From NCBI GenBank assembly GCA_963422205.2, contig CAXMWX010000001.1, positions 352,001 through 416,000 of the forward strand: a stretch of 64,000 nt of DNA, in the 5' to 3' direction. A program made the position numbers and the translations under genes. This DNA is from Gammaproteobacteria bacterium. GTDB lineage: Bacteria > Pseudomonadota > Gammaproteobacteria > Eutrophobiales > Eutrophobiaceae. The notes below the pieces were generated by a model. The model had not been told where the DNA came from, did no database searches, and saw only the letters and a program-made list of their open reading frames with translations. Below, piece by piece: positions 1-9,719 of this stretch. Within the stretch, counting starts at the first letter, position 1, and the number at the start of each line of letters is the position of its first letter.

Positions 1-42
1 TAGCCAAGAGGGGATTAATGTAACTCAGGTAACTACTCGAAA

Positions 43-2043
43 ATGGAGCGACAACATAACGGATGTGAAAAACCAGGTCGGCGGTTCGCTATAGGCCCTT
101 TGCAAAGGCAGCAGCGCGGTCAGGCTGCTGTCTTTGTGTATCTCTTCCTTAGCGTCCTGATAGTCGTTCTCCTCGGTCTTTACAAGGCCGGTAAACTCAC
201 CAGCGACAAGATGGAACTGCAAAACGCCGCCGATGCGGCCGCCTACAGCGTCTCGGTCATCGAGGCGAGGGATCTTAACTTTGCCTCCTATATGAATCGC
301 GCCATCGTTGCCAACGAGGTGGCGGTGGGGCAGATGGTGGGGCTGGCCTCTTTTGCCTTTCACTTCAAATCATTTCATGACTACCTGAATCGCTACGCCA
401 GACCATTAAATGCCACGCCTTTGGCCCCCCTGGGAGTTGCGCTTGGGACTATGGCGCAGGGGTTTCGGCAGGGGGGTGATGGGTTCATTAAGGTCTTGAA
501 ACCCGCCGCCAACAAGGTCAGCACAGGCGTACACAGAATCAATCGGCTCTATGGCGTCAGCGAGAGGGGCTTCCATCTCGCCAGTACCTTCTATGCCCTG
601 AGTTCGCTGCAAGCGATGATCGATGAGAACGGTCCCCCTGGCGCACGGCTATCGGAATTTGGCCTGTTGACCCTGATGGGGCATTTAGCCACCTACGGCG
701 CACTGCCCGTCCCCGTCCCCGGTGATAATAATAAGTTCACGCAGAGTTATGATCCAACGGAAGAGGATACAGCGGATGAGATCAAAGCGGGGGGTTATGG
801 GCGCCTGGCCGCCATCATCCATGATTCGGCGGATCCCTTTGTGAATGAACGCGGATTGGGGTTTGATTTGTTCCATGAATTGAACAAGGTGACGCCGTTT
901 CCCGATTTATATACAGGGAAAGGTGATGAGGGCTGGCTGGGGCTGGAATTTGATGAAAAAATATCAATCGGGTTAGCCGAGGCTAAAGTGTCCGCCCGGT
1001 TGCAGATAAACATTGCGCTGACCCGTGCCGGCGGCAGCGAATTGCGGCTCATCGCGCCATTGGACGGCAATGCCCCGGAGGATGAGGCCTCAGGGCAGCA
1101 TTTTAACTGGTCTGCCGCCGACACCACTGACCTCGGCCTGGGTCTAAGCTTTGGCATTAGCGCCGGGGCCAGATTTTGTTGGCCCGTGGTGAAATGTACC
1201 AAGTCGGGATGTACCACCAAGCTGAAATGTACCGGGTGGATCTCTCTGCCGGGCGTGAATTTCCAGGCCGTAAATAACCGCCTCGTGGCGAGAGTAAAGA
1301 TAAAGTATAAGCCTTTAAAGATTGACAGGACATGGACTTTATTGAATATCCCCTTTCCCACCGAGGCGCCGTTCGGTGCGGGGTTTGCCCAGGCCGGTTC
1401 CCCCGGTAATTTTATCGCCAGCGAGCAAGCACATATCGGCACTGAGTCCCTTGGGGGGCCGCTTCCGGGTGATGCCTACGGCGGGGCGGCAGATTCACTC
1501 CTCGCCTGGAATTATCCCTGCCCGCCCGGGGTGTTCCACCAGGCCGGCAGCGATGAGAGGAAGGTAGGCCGGAAATACGGCGGCCTGCCGACCTATTTCG
1601 ATACCGCCGGCGAGGATGAGGATCCGCCGCTGCGCGGGGCGGGCGGTTCGAATCTGCTGGTGGGTGTGGTGCTGGATGAGACGGATTTTGATGAGACCAA
1701 CCCGGCCCGGGGCGGGTCGTCACAAAAAGCGGTGGAACCGACCGGCCGTTTTGAAATCACTGAAAAAATGGCGTCCAACCAACTGCACGCCATCGCCAAG
1801 TCAGAGGTTTATTTCAAGCGGCCAACCGATCTGACTTACTTTCACCGCCTTGACGGCCAGGAAGAATACGGCAGCACCTTTAACCCCTACTGGAATGCCC
1901 GCCTGGTGGAGACCTCCCATGCCGAGCGGGTGGCGGCGCTGGCGCTGCAACAGCGCGTGTATATGGGCAGCGAATTTAAACCGGCTGCTGTCCTCTCCAG
2001 TGTGTCTGAGCCGTTTATGGAAAAGTTTAGGCCAACGCCCTGA
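43..2043 (+). CDS. TadG-like large pseudopilin / putative pilus tip protein
   Basis: N-terminal prepilin-like RGQA plus TM helix; Tad motif LQNAADAAAYS...RDLNFASYMNRAIVANEVA; C-terminal AKSEVYFKRP...FNPYWNARL; first gene of the tad cluster. Confidence 0.8.
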   Translation: MERQHNGCEKPGRRFAIGPLQRQQRGQAAVFVYLFLSVLIVVLLGLYKAGKLTSDKMELQNAADAAAYSVSVIEARDLNFASYMNRAIVANEVAVGQMVGLASFAFHFKSFHDYLNRYARPLNATPLAPLGVALGTMAQGFRQGGDGFIKVLKPAANKVSTGVHRINRLYGVSERGFHLASTFYALSSLQAMIDENGPPGARLSEFGLLTLMGHLATYGALPVPVPGDNNKFTQSYDPTEEDTADEIKAGGYGRLAAIIHDSADPFVNERGLGFDLFHELNKVTPFPDLYTGKGDEGWLGLEFDEKISIGLAEAKVSARLQINIALTRAGGSELRLIAPLDGNAPEDEASGQHFNWSAADTTDLGLGLSFGISAGARFCWPVVKCTKSGCTTKLKCTGWISLPGVNFQAVNNRLVARVKIKYKPLKIDRTWTLLNIPFPTEAPFGAGFAQAGSPGNFIASEQAHIGTESLGGPLPGDAYGGAADSLLAWNYPCPPGVFHQAGSDERKVGRKYGGLPTYFDTAGEDEDPPLRGAGGSNLLVGVVLDETDFDETNPARGGSSQKAVEPTGRFEITEKMASNQLHAIAKSEVYFKRPTDLTYFHRLDGQEEYGSTFNPYWNARLVETSHAERVAALALQQRVYMGSEFKPAAVLSSVSEPFMEKFRPTP

Positions 2044-3083
2044 TGAGGACAGGAAAAAAGCAATCAGGGCAGGCCATGACGGAGTTTCAAATCACCGCGG
2101 CCTATATTTTGGTACCATTGTTCCTGATCGTGCCGCTTATGGCGAAATACATCGATATAAAACACGCCGGCATCCATGCCGCCCGCTATCAGGCCTGGGA
2201 ATATACCGCATGGCATCACCCTGGCGATGAGCCGGATATCCTGGATAATTATAACCGCCGAACTCCCCGTAAATCCCGGGCAGAAACGGCGAGGGAATCA
2301 GAACGGCTGTTCTTCTCCGGTATTGATGAGACCGATCCGGTCGAGATTGACGATGACAGCAGGCGGGGTTGGAAGGAGGGAGAGCGAAACCCGCTGTGGA
2401 CTGATCATGCCGGTAATGCGCTTTATGATGGTTCTACAGCCCCATTGGCAAGCCACCTTGATACCGGGGAGACGCCGGTACCTGGTGTTAGCATTGCCGG
2501 ATTTAATACGGGCCGGGTTGTATCAGACATATCGAATTTGTTTGATGTTGTCTTTGATACTTTCGGCCGGCTGCTGGATGGCATATCGGGCGGTGATGCA
2601 GAATTTAGCGCAATCCATACCAAAGGTTATCACACCGCCCATCTGGAAATACCGGTGATGACCTTCGCTGATGCCATTAACGTATACGAACCCGGCACAC
2701 TGCTCAATTTTAACAGCCGTGCCGCCGTATTGAGCGAGAGCTGGAGTGCCGGTGGCCGTGAGCACACACACGCACAGGTCGCCGGTGCTGTCCCGACAAC
2801 GATACTCAAAGAAATTTTTAATCTACCGGGCGTGAGGGAAATCCGGACGGCGTTCGGCTGGATAGCCCCGGAGACGACCGCTTGCCTGGCGGAAGGCGAG
2901 TCCAGCCCGGCGGCGTCACTGGGGTTTATCCCCGAAGAAGGCAGCCTGTGGCTGGGTTATATCGACAGCGATATCGTCCACCCCGACCGCTTATCCGAAG
3001 GGGGTGTCCACGTCTGCGATGAGGCTGGTCGTTGCCGGTTAGAATCGAATGCTCCCCAGTCCCATACCCGGTGTACTCCCTAG
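2043..3083 (+). CDS. TadE/TadF-like pseudopilin
   Basis: SGQAMTEF prepilin motif, TM helix, AARYQAWE; start overlaps the upstream stop (TGATG). Confidence 0.75.
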   Translation: MRTGKKQSGQAMTEFQITAAYILVPLFLIVPLMAKYIDIKHAGIHAARYQAWEYTAWHHPGDEPDILDNYNRRTPRKSRAETARESERLFFSGIDETDPVEIDDDSRRGWKEGERNPLWTDHAGNALYDGSTAPLASHLDTGETPVPGVSIAGFNTGRVVSDISNLFDVVFDTFGRLLDGISGGDAEFSAIHTKGYHTAHLEIPVMTFADAINVYEPGTLLNFNSRAAVLSESWSAGGREHTHAQVAGAVPTTILKEIFNLPGVREIRTAFGWIAPETTACLAEGESSPAASLGFIPEEGSLWLGYIDSDIVHPDRLSEGGVHVCDEAGRCRLESNAPQSHTRCTP

Positions 3084-3806
3084 ATGAGCCGGCCTGCCCC
3101 GAATATAAGTGCCGTGAATAGAAGCTGGATTTTTTATCTGCTCCTTGGCGTTGCCCAGCAGGGCATGGCTGATGCGCCCGAGATCCCGATACCGAAAAAC
3201 GCGAAAATCAGCATCGTCGGCCAGGACATGACAGTGGGCGGCAAGGCCATGAGCATCAGACAGATCTACACACGGGATAAAATCAGCAAGGTGAAGGCGT
3301 TTTATCATAGCCGCTGGGCCGAAGCCGAAATACCGGGGCTGCCCGGCTATACGGAAAATAACGCCCTTGAACCTTGGCATATTATCAGTCGGCTTGAAGA
3401 GGGGTATTTATTAACAGTACAAATTCAACGGGCCGATGACGGGGGTACACGGGGTTATCTGGCCAGCAGCAAATTAAGCCGGGAGCTGACGCCTTCCAAA
3501 CAGGCAGAATCGTTTCCCAAAATACAGGGCACCAGGATCGTCCACGACATTCAGTCCAGGGATGCTGGCCAGCGTGCCGTGACGATGTTGCTGAGCAATC
3601 ACCACTCCCTGAGCAGCAATTCCAGTTATTACAAAAATTACTACCAGCAGCGTGGCTGGCGGATTGACCTGGATCAACCCATGCCCCGGGCCGGCATGTA
3701 TGTGCTCGCATTTACCCATGGGCGCGAGAAAGTGAATATCGTTCTCACGGGGAACGAAAACAGCACCAAAATTACTGTCAATAAAGTCGTTCACGACATT
3801 TTGTAG
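3084..3806 (+). CDS. Secreted hypothetical protein within the tad operon
   Basis: Signal-peptide-like N-terminus; abuts both neighbours; 240 aa. Confidence 0.7.
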   Translation: MSRPAPNISAVNRSWIFYLLLGVAQQGMADAPEIPIPKNAKISIVGQDMTVGGKAMSIRQIYTRDKISKVKAFYHSRWAEAEIPGLPGYTENNALEPWHIISRLEEGYLLTVQIQRADDGGTRGYLASSKLSRELTPSKQAESFPKIQGTRIVHDIQSRDAGQRAVTMLLSNHHSLSSNSSYYKNYYQQRGWRIDLDQPMPRAGMYVLAFTHGREKVNIVLTGNENSTKITVNKVVHDIL

Positions 3807-3808
3807 AA

Positions 3809-4219
3809 ATGAGCATCACTGAAAAGATAACATCGATCAAACACCAGTTCGGTCAATCCATGCCTGAATACACGGTGGTGCTGGTCTTTGGTGTGCTGGT
3901 GCTTACTACCGGCCCGGGGGGTGATGTGATGCAGCAACTGCTGGGCGTCATCAAGGAAAACTATGAAGGGTATTCCTATGCGGTGTCTTTATCTGAGCCC
4001 CCTGATTACGATGACGTAACAGATAAACTTGCCGCCGAGGCAGAAGGATTAGTTGACGACCTTACCTCTTTTGCCGATAAAGACCCGGAGAAACTCATTG
4101 AAGCAGGAATTAAAGCAGAAGTAGAAGCTACAAAAGAAGCTGTAGAAAACGAGATTAACTCCATCCTGGATGCCATCACGATCGATACCATCTCGATCGG
4201 TCAAGTGCAATGCCCTTAA
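3809..4219 (+). CDS. Flp/TadE-like minor pilin with acidic helical tail
   Basis: GQSMPEY prepilin motif (G|xxxxEY) followed by a hydrophobic helix. Confidence 0.7.
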   Translation: MSITEKITSIKHQFGQSMPEYTVVLVFGVLVLTTGPGGDVMQQLLGVIKENYEGYSYAVSLSEPPDYDDVTDKLAAEAEGLVDDLTSFADKDPEKLIEAGIKAEVEATKEAVENEINSILDAITIDTISIGQVQCP

Positions 4220-4244
4220 AACCTTATTACTCAAAAATACGACT

Positions 4245-6359
4245 ATGGCCACGAGCAAAAAGAAGAGATCCACCCCGACACTCCCCCTGCTGATGGGCGC
4301 CATCGGTTTTGGTCTGGCCGCTGCCCTGTTATCCGTGCTTTATCTAAAGGCAAAAGAAAAAGCCCTGCGTGAAAGCCTGCTCGGCGGGGAAGAGCAAGCG
4401 GTGATGGTGACGGTTGTGGTTGCCAATGAAGACCTGCCAAGAGGCAGTCTTGTTGCGGACGGTTTATTTGCGCCACGGGATGTCCCGGCCGAATATGTGC
4501 ATGCCGATGTGGTCTATCCGGCGGAATATGAACTGTACAGAGGCCGCTCGCTGAACGCCGACCTGGCATACGGAAAACCCTTACTAAAGAGCTTTATGGA
4601 GGATGAATTTCCTGTTGATTTCTCCGACACTGTTCCTCTGGGCAAACGGGCGATCACCGTCACCGTGGATGAGATTAATTCGGTGGCCGGGTTTATGCGC
4701 CCGGGTAATTTTATTGATATCTTCGTGAACATCGCCTATTCCAATTCAGGTTTTGATGCAAACTTGTATAAGGTGGGTCTGTATTCCGAATTACCCGAAG
4801 CCATCAAGAGCAACGCATTCAGTGGTGATATCAGCGCCGTGTTAAGCGACCTGTCCGATGATGAGGCTTCAGAATTGCTGTCCAGCCTGTCACCGGGCGA
4901 TGTCATTATACCCGTACTGCAAGGGGTAAAAGTATTGGCCACGGGCCGTGACCCTTATGTTGAATCGTTAGACCTGTTAAGACAACCGCAATATCGAAGC
5001 GATGGAAACTTTAGTTCCGTCACACTAGAAGTCACGCCTGAACAAGCGGCATTGATCGCCGCTGCACAGGATAAAGGCGACATACTGGCACTGTTACGCA
5101 ACCGCAATGATGAAAGCGCATCCCCCTTTAACTCCATCTCTTCCAGTGATCTTTTCCGTAATGCGGCAGAAATGGCAGCAAGGGAAAAGTCGCGGGCTGC
5201 CCGCGCGGCGGTGGCCTCGGGTGTGGATGCATTTGGTAATCTTGTCGATGCAAACGGCAGAAAAATTGTTGATCGTGACGCACTGGAAAAGGCCGGTTTC
5301 AGCGTTAATGAAGACGGACAAATCATCGATAGCAACGGCAACCCCGTTGATGCCGATGACATCATCGTTGCCGCGGACGGCACAATCATGACCAAACAAC
5401 AACTGGCAGCAGCCGGCCTGCGTGTCGATGAGAATGGACAAATCACAGATAGCAGCGGCAATGTGTTGTCTTCAGAAGATATCGTCGTGACAGCGGATGG
5501 TACGGTGATGAGCAAGAAACAACTTGCCGCAGCAGGGCTGAGTGTGAACGAGAAAGGCGAAATCGTAGACAGCAAAGGTCGGATTATCCCGCCGGATGAG
5601 TTGGTGGTGACCAAAGACGGTAAAGTCATCAATAAGCAGGTATTGGCTGCGGCAGGAATCAAAACCCCTTCCGGGGTGGATGCCAGCGGTAACCTGGTTG
5701 ACGCCAGTGGCAATACCATCGCCAGCAAGGAGCAGCTCGCCAAAGCCGGTTATACCATCAATGAGCAAGGCCAGATCGTCGATAAAGACGGGAACATCGT
5801 TGAACCTGAAAACCTGCTGGTCGATAAAGATGGCAATGTTGTTTCTGCGGACGAAGTGGTTGTCACAGAAAATGGCAGCATCATCACCAAGCAACAATTA
5901 GCTGAAGCCGGACTCATTGTGGATGCAAACGGTCAGGTGGTGGACAAAGACGGTAATCCGGTTGACACAGAGGATCTTGTTATCGGTCAGGATGGTTCAG
6001 TGCTCAGCAAGAAGGCACTTGCAGCACAGGGGCTTAAAGTCGCCGCCGGTGTTGATGAGAGCGGTAACCTTGTTGATGAGAATGGGAATACTCTGGTCAG
6101 CAAGGAAGCGTTGCAGGCAGCAGGATACGCTGTCAATGAGCAAGGCCAGATAATCGATAAAGACGGGAATGTCGTTGATCCGAAAAACCTGATCGTCTCC
6201 AAGACCGGTGAAATTCTGACTGAAGAGGAGGTCACACAACTCGCCAGAGAAACACGCATTACAGGGAAGAGTGTTGAGCCGGATGTCTATGACTTTATCA
6301 TCGGCGGCGCCAGTGAAGATGGCGTACCAAAAAAACAAAAAATAACGATTCAAAATTGA
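4245..6359 (+). CDS. cpaB: Flp pilus assembly protein CpaB/RcpC with long repeat extension
   Basis: TM anchor; SAF motif VVVANEDLPRG; RcpC motifs GKRAITVTVDEINSVAGFMRPGNFIDI, LQGVKVLATG, SVTLEVTPEQA. ATG 4245 chosen over 4170 to avoid overlap with the upstream gene. Confidence 0.9.
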   Translation: MATSKKKRSTPTLPLLMGAIGFGLAAALLSVLYLKAKEKALRESLLGGEEQAVMVTVVVANEDLPRGSLVADGLFAPRDVPAEYVHADVVYPAEYELYRGRSLNADLAYGKPLLKSFMEDEFPVDFSDTVPLGKRAITVTVDEINSVAGFMRPGNFIDIFVNIAYSNSGFDANLYKVGLYSELPEAIKSNAFSGDISAVLSDLSDDEASELLSSLSPGDVIIPVLQGVKVLATGRDPYVESLDLLRQPQYRSDGNFSSVTLEVTPEQAALIAAAQDKGDILALLRNRNDESASPFNSISSSDLFRNAAEMAAREKSRAARAAVASGVDAFGNLVDANGRKIVDRDALEKAGFSVNEDGQIIDSNGNPVDADDIIVAADGTIMTKQQLAAAGLRVDENGQITDSSGNVLSSEDIVVTADGTVMSKKQLAAAGLSVNEKGEIVDSKGRIIPPDELVVTKDGKVINKQVLAAAGIKTPSGVDASGNLVDASGNTIASKEQLAKAGYTINEQGQIVDKDGNIVEPENLLVDKDGNVVSADEVVVTENGSIITKQQLAEAGLIVDANGQVVDKDGNPVDTEDLVIGQDGSVLSKKALAAQGLKVAAGVDESGNLVDENGNTLVSKEALQAAGYAVNEQGQIIDKDGNVVDPKNLIVSKTGEILTEEEVTQLARETRITGKSVEPDVYDFIIGGASEDGVPKKQKITIQN
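5220..6230 (+). repeat. Intragenic tandem protein repeats (about 8 units of 31-54 aa, mostly 40 aa) in cpaB
   Basis: Recurring K.QLAAAG..V.E.GQI.D..GN.V...D.VV..DG.V, and three GVD.sGNLVD.nG starts. Confidence 0.9.
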
Positions 6360-6372
6360 TAGCTGAACATCA

Positions 6373-6633
6373 ATGAGAAGATGGGGATTATTTTTATGCG
6401 TTTTTGTTATGCAGGTCGCACAGGCACAGCAAGACACAGATAACCCTGTGGATAATGCGAACGCGACAGACAGGGGCGTGGTATTGGAATTTGATGACAG
6501 TGCTGATTATGAGACTCAAGCTACGGATAGGCAGCGGTCTGTTAATGATGAATCAGAGGAGGTTGATTTCATCATAGGAGGGGAAGGGGACGGCGGCATA
6601 GCAAAACGTGGCATATTGAAAGTCATCGACTAG
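6373..6633 (+). CDS. Small secreted acidic protein ending in a CpaB C-terminus-like motif
   Basis: Signal peptide (AQA|QQ); fills the cpaB-rcpA gap; VDFIIGG motif shared with CpaB. Confidence 0.7.
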   Translation: MRRWGLFLCVFVMQVAQAQQDTDNPVDNANATDRGVVLEFDDSADYETQATDRQRSVNDESEEVDFIIGGEGDGGIAKRGILKVID

Positions 6634-6669
6634 GCCAGATGCACCAGAATACAATCGGACAATAACGAC

Positions 6670-8007
6670 ATGTTAAAAAAAATATTACTTGCCTGCATTT
6701 TCATTCATCTCACATACAGCGTTAATGCAAACGAGGTGATCAATTTATATTCCGGTGAGGTAAAAGTCCTGGAAGTAAGCAACATTCAACGGATCGCGGT
6801 GGGTAATGCCGGCATCATAAGTACCTCGCTCCTGAATAATGGTCAGTTACTCTTGATCGCAGAGGCTGAAGGGGGAACAAATTTACATATCTGGTTTAAG
6901 GATGGCAGTGAAACAGAGTACACAGTCCGTATAAAAAGCGCTGCCGGACCACTTCAGTTAAAAATGTCGGAAGTAAAAGATCTGCTACGAGAGGTCGAAG
7001 GCATGACGATCAGGGAAGTGGGGAATCGCATTGTGTTGTCGGGCAAAGTGGACAAGACCTTTGAGGATGCGATTGGTACCGTACAGGGGGTTTTCCCGGA
7101 AATCATGGATCTGACTCGAAAACTGGACCCGACCCAAACCGATGTCTATGAGTTACCGGCAAACAAGATGATTTATATCAACGTCAAGATCACTGAATTT
7201 AATAAAAACTTCCTGGAAAACCTGGGCATTCTTTGGGATACCACTGTCGCCGGTCCAGCCGCCGCCCTGGCATTGGATGGGGCGACAAACCAGAAATTGA
7301 GAGCAACCCCCTCACCTGCCCCTTCTTTTAACAGCGTATTAAACGAAACTAATGGTGAAGGCAATTTGATCAATAATGCGAACTCTGCATTTGGTTATTT
7401 CGGTATCGCATCGGAAATCACTTCCCGCATTAATTTTGCCGTCAATTCTGGCAACGCTGTGATATTGTCTGAACCACGCCTGGCGACACGCAGTGGTGGT
7501 GAAGCGAAATTTCTGGTGGGCGGTGAATTTCCCATCGAGATATCCAACATAAATGGCACCACCATAGAGTTTAAGGAATACGGGATTAAACTGAATGTCA
7601 CGCCCGAAGTAGATAAGAAAAACTATATTCGTGCCTCGGTCATGACTGAAGTGAGTTCCATCGACAGTTCGGTGTCCGTCAATAATGTTCCCGGGCTGCG
7701 TACACGAAGAACAGAAACTGCAATCAGCATGAACTCGGGTGATTCTCTGGTGATCTCCGGTTTAATCGATCAGCAACTCTCCAAGGATGTGTCGAAAGTG
7801 AAGTTACTGGGTGATATTCCCATACTCGGCGAATTGTTTAAGTCAACAAACTGGCGAAGAAATAAATCTGAGTTGGTTATCTTCGTCACGCCTACTGTCT
7901 TTGATGTTGATTCAGATCTCAATAAAAAAGCCATTGATTATGCCGACCAGGGTGTAAGAAAAGCCATCGAAAAAATCGACCCTGAAGCACTGGATATTGT
8001 TTACTGA
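6670..8007 (+). CDS. rcpA: Tad secretin RcpA/CpaC
   Basis: Signal peptide; pil_N region RIAVGN..II...GGTNLHIW; secretin motifs LSEPRL..RSGGEAKFLVGGEFPI, FKEYGIKLNVTP, LGDIPILGELFKS, ELVIFVTP. Confidence 0.93.
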   Translation: MLKKILLACIFIHLTYSVNANEVINLYSGEVKVLEVSNIQRIAVGNAGIISTSLLNNGQLLLIAEAEGGTNLHIWFKDGSETEYTVRIKSAAGPLQLKMSEVKDLLREVEGMTIREVGNRIVLSGKVDKTFEDAIGTVQGVFPEIMDLTRKLDPTQTDVYELPANKMIYINVKITEFNKNFLENLGILWDTTVAGPAAALALDGATNQKLRATPSPAPSFNSVLNETNGEGNLINNANSAFGYFGIASEITSRINFAVNSGNAVILSEPRLATRSGGEAKFLVGGEFPIEISNINGTTIEFKEYGIKLNVTPEVDKKNYIRASVMTEVSSIDSSVSVNNVPGLRTRRTETAISMNSGDSLVISGLIDQQLSKDVSKVKLLGDIPILGELFKSTNWRRNKSELVIFVTPTVFDVDSDLNKKAIDYADQGVRKAIEKIDPEALDIVY

Positions 8008-8019
8008 AAAGGAAAAAAA

Positions 8020-9714
8020 ATGTTTGATGTTCTAGTTGATAACCATAAAGGCGAGCGGATTAAAAACTTTCGTTGTCCTGTAAACGAGTGCAGTATCGGC
8101 AAAGCCCGGGATAATTTTATCCAGTTACGCGGCTGGAAGATCGCCCCTCACCATGCCGTGATACGACGTACCACGGAAGGCTTGTTTATCGAAGACAAAA
8201 CCGGTCGAGAGCGCGTCGAAGTCAACGGACAGGATATTGCTTACCATGGCCCTATTCGCACCTCCGATGAGATCATCATAGGGGGGTATCATATCAAGGC
8301 CGGTGTCGTTGTTGATGGTAATGGGCAACAGCAATTTGACGAAGACGAGGATGATGTCTTTGAGGATATGAAGACCGTCATTGGTGTGCCTCACCATAAA
8401 GTGATCGAAGAATCCGATGAACTGAGTGAGACCCTGATCACTCTGCAACATGATGAGAAGTTCAAATGGCGTAACCGGGTACACGAAGAATTACTTGCCA
8501 TGATGGATCTGCGCCGAACGGATATCGGCGAGATGGATGAGGATGCACTTCGCGCCCATGTTGAAAAAATGGTAACGGAAATCATCACGGAATTAGGCAA
8601 TAAAATACCTTCTTATATCGATACAAAACAATTACTGCATGATGTGCTTAATGAGGCCATCGGCTTGGGCCCGTTGGAAAAACTTATCGCCGATGAGTCA
8701 GTCACCGAAATCATGGTCAATAAATTCGATGACATTTATATCGAACAGGCGGGAAAATTAAGCAAAGCGGATGTGATATTTTCCAGTGATAACGCCGTGA
8801 TGACCGCTATTGAGCGTATCGTCTCACCGCTGGGCAGACGTATCGATGAAAGCTCTCCCATGGTGGATGCCCGGCTTAAAGATGGTTCACGCGTGAATGC
8901 GATTATTCCACCGCTGGCCTTGCGTGGCCCTTGCCTGACTATCCGAAAATTTGCCAAGCAGAAATTGCTGGCTGATGATCTGGTCGGCTTTGGTGCGCTG
9001 GATAATCGCATGGTGCAGTTCCTGAAAACCGCCGTTCAAAATCACATGAATATTATCATCTCCGGCGGCACCGGCAGTGGTAAAACCACGTTATTAAATG
9101 TTTTGTCCAATTTTATACCCGCCAGTGAACGTATCGTCACAGTAGAGGATGCTGCCGAGCTCAAACTGGCACAACCCCACCTTGTCAGCCTGGAAGCCAG
9201 GCCGGCCAACCTGGAAGGGAAAGGTGCGGTGCCGATACGGGACCTGGTGAAGAACTGTCTGCGTATGCGTCCTGACCGCATCGTGGTAGGCGAGTGTCGT
9301 GGTGGAGAAACCCTGGATATGTTACAGGCCATGAACACCGGACACGATGGCTCTTTGACGACTGCCCATGCCAACACACCGCGGGATTTAATCGCTCGTA
9401 TTGAAGTCATGGTCATGATGTCCGGCATGGAACTGCCCGTCCCTGCAATTCGTGAAATGGTCGCCTCGGCAATCCATATTGTTGTGCAACAAACCCGTTT
9501 TTCTGATGGCAGTCGACGGGTCATTAACATTACTGAAATTACCGGTGTTGAGTCAGGCATTGTCTCCATGCAGGATATATTTAAATATCAACAGGAAGGT
9601 TTCGATGAGGACGGTAAGGTACAAGGCCGCTTCGTGGCGACCGGCGCCGTGCCACAATTCTACGAGGACATGAAGCAGCGCGGTCTGCCCGTAGACATGG
9701 CAATTTTTCAATAG
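8020..9714 (+). CDS. tadA: TadA/CpaF ATPase with N-terminal FHA-like domain
   Basis: GLGPLE.L..DESVTEIMVN; Walker A GGTGSGKTT; EDAAEL; LRMRPDRIVVGECRG; AMNTGHDGSLTTAHAN. Confidence 0.95.
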   Translation: MFDVLVDNHKGERIKNFRCPVNECSIGKARDNFIQLRGWKIAPHHAVIRRTTEGLFIEDKTGRERVEVNGQDIAYHGPIRTSDEIIIGGYHIKAGVVVDGNGQQQFDEDEDDVFEDMKTVIGVPHHKVIEESDELSETLITLQHDEKFKWRNRVHEELLAMMDLRRTDIGEMDEDALRAHVEKMVTEIITELGNKIPSYIDTKQLLHDVLNEAIGLGPLEKLIADESVTEIMVNKFDDIYIEQAGKLSKADVIFSSDNAVMTAIERIVSPLGRRIDESSPMVDARLKDGSRVNAIIPPLALRGPCLTIRKFAKQKLLADDLVGFGALDNRMVQFLKTAVQNHMNIIISGGTGSGKTTLLNVLSNFIPASERIVTVEDAAELKLAQPHLVSLEARPANLEGKGAVPIRDLVKNCLRMRPDRIVVGECRGGETLDMLQAMNTGHDGSLTTAHANTPRDLIARIEVMVMMSGMELPVPAIREMVASAIHIVVQQTRFSDGSRRVINITEITGVESGIVSMQDIFKYQQEGFDEDGKVQGRFVATGAVPQFYEDMKQRGLPVDMAIFQ

Positions 9715-9719
9715 CATTA

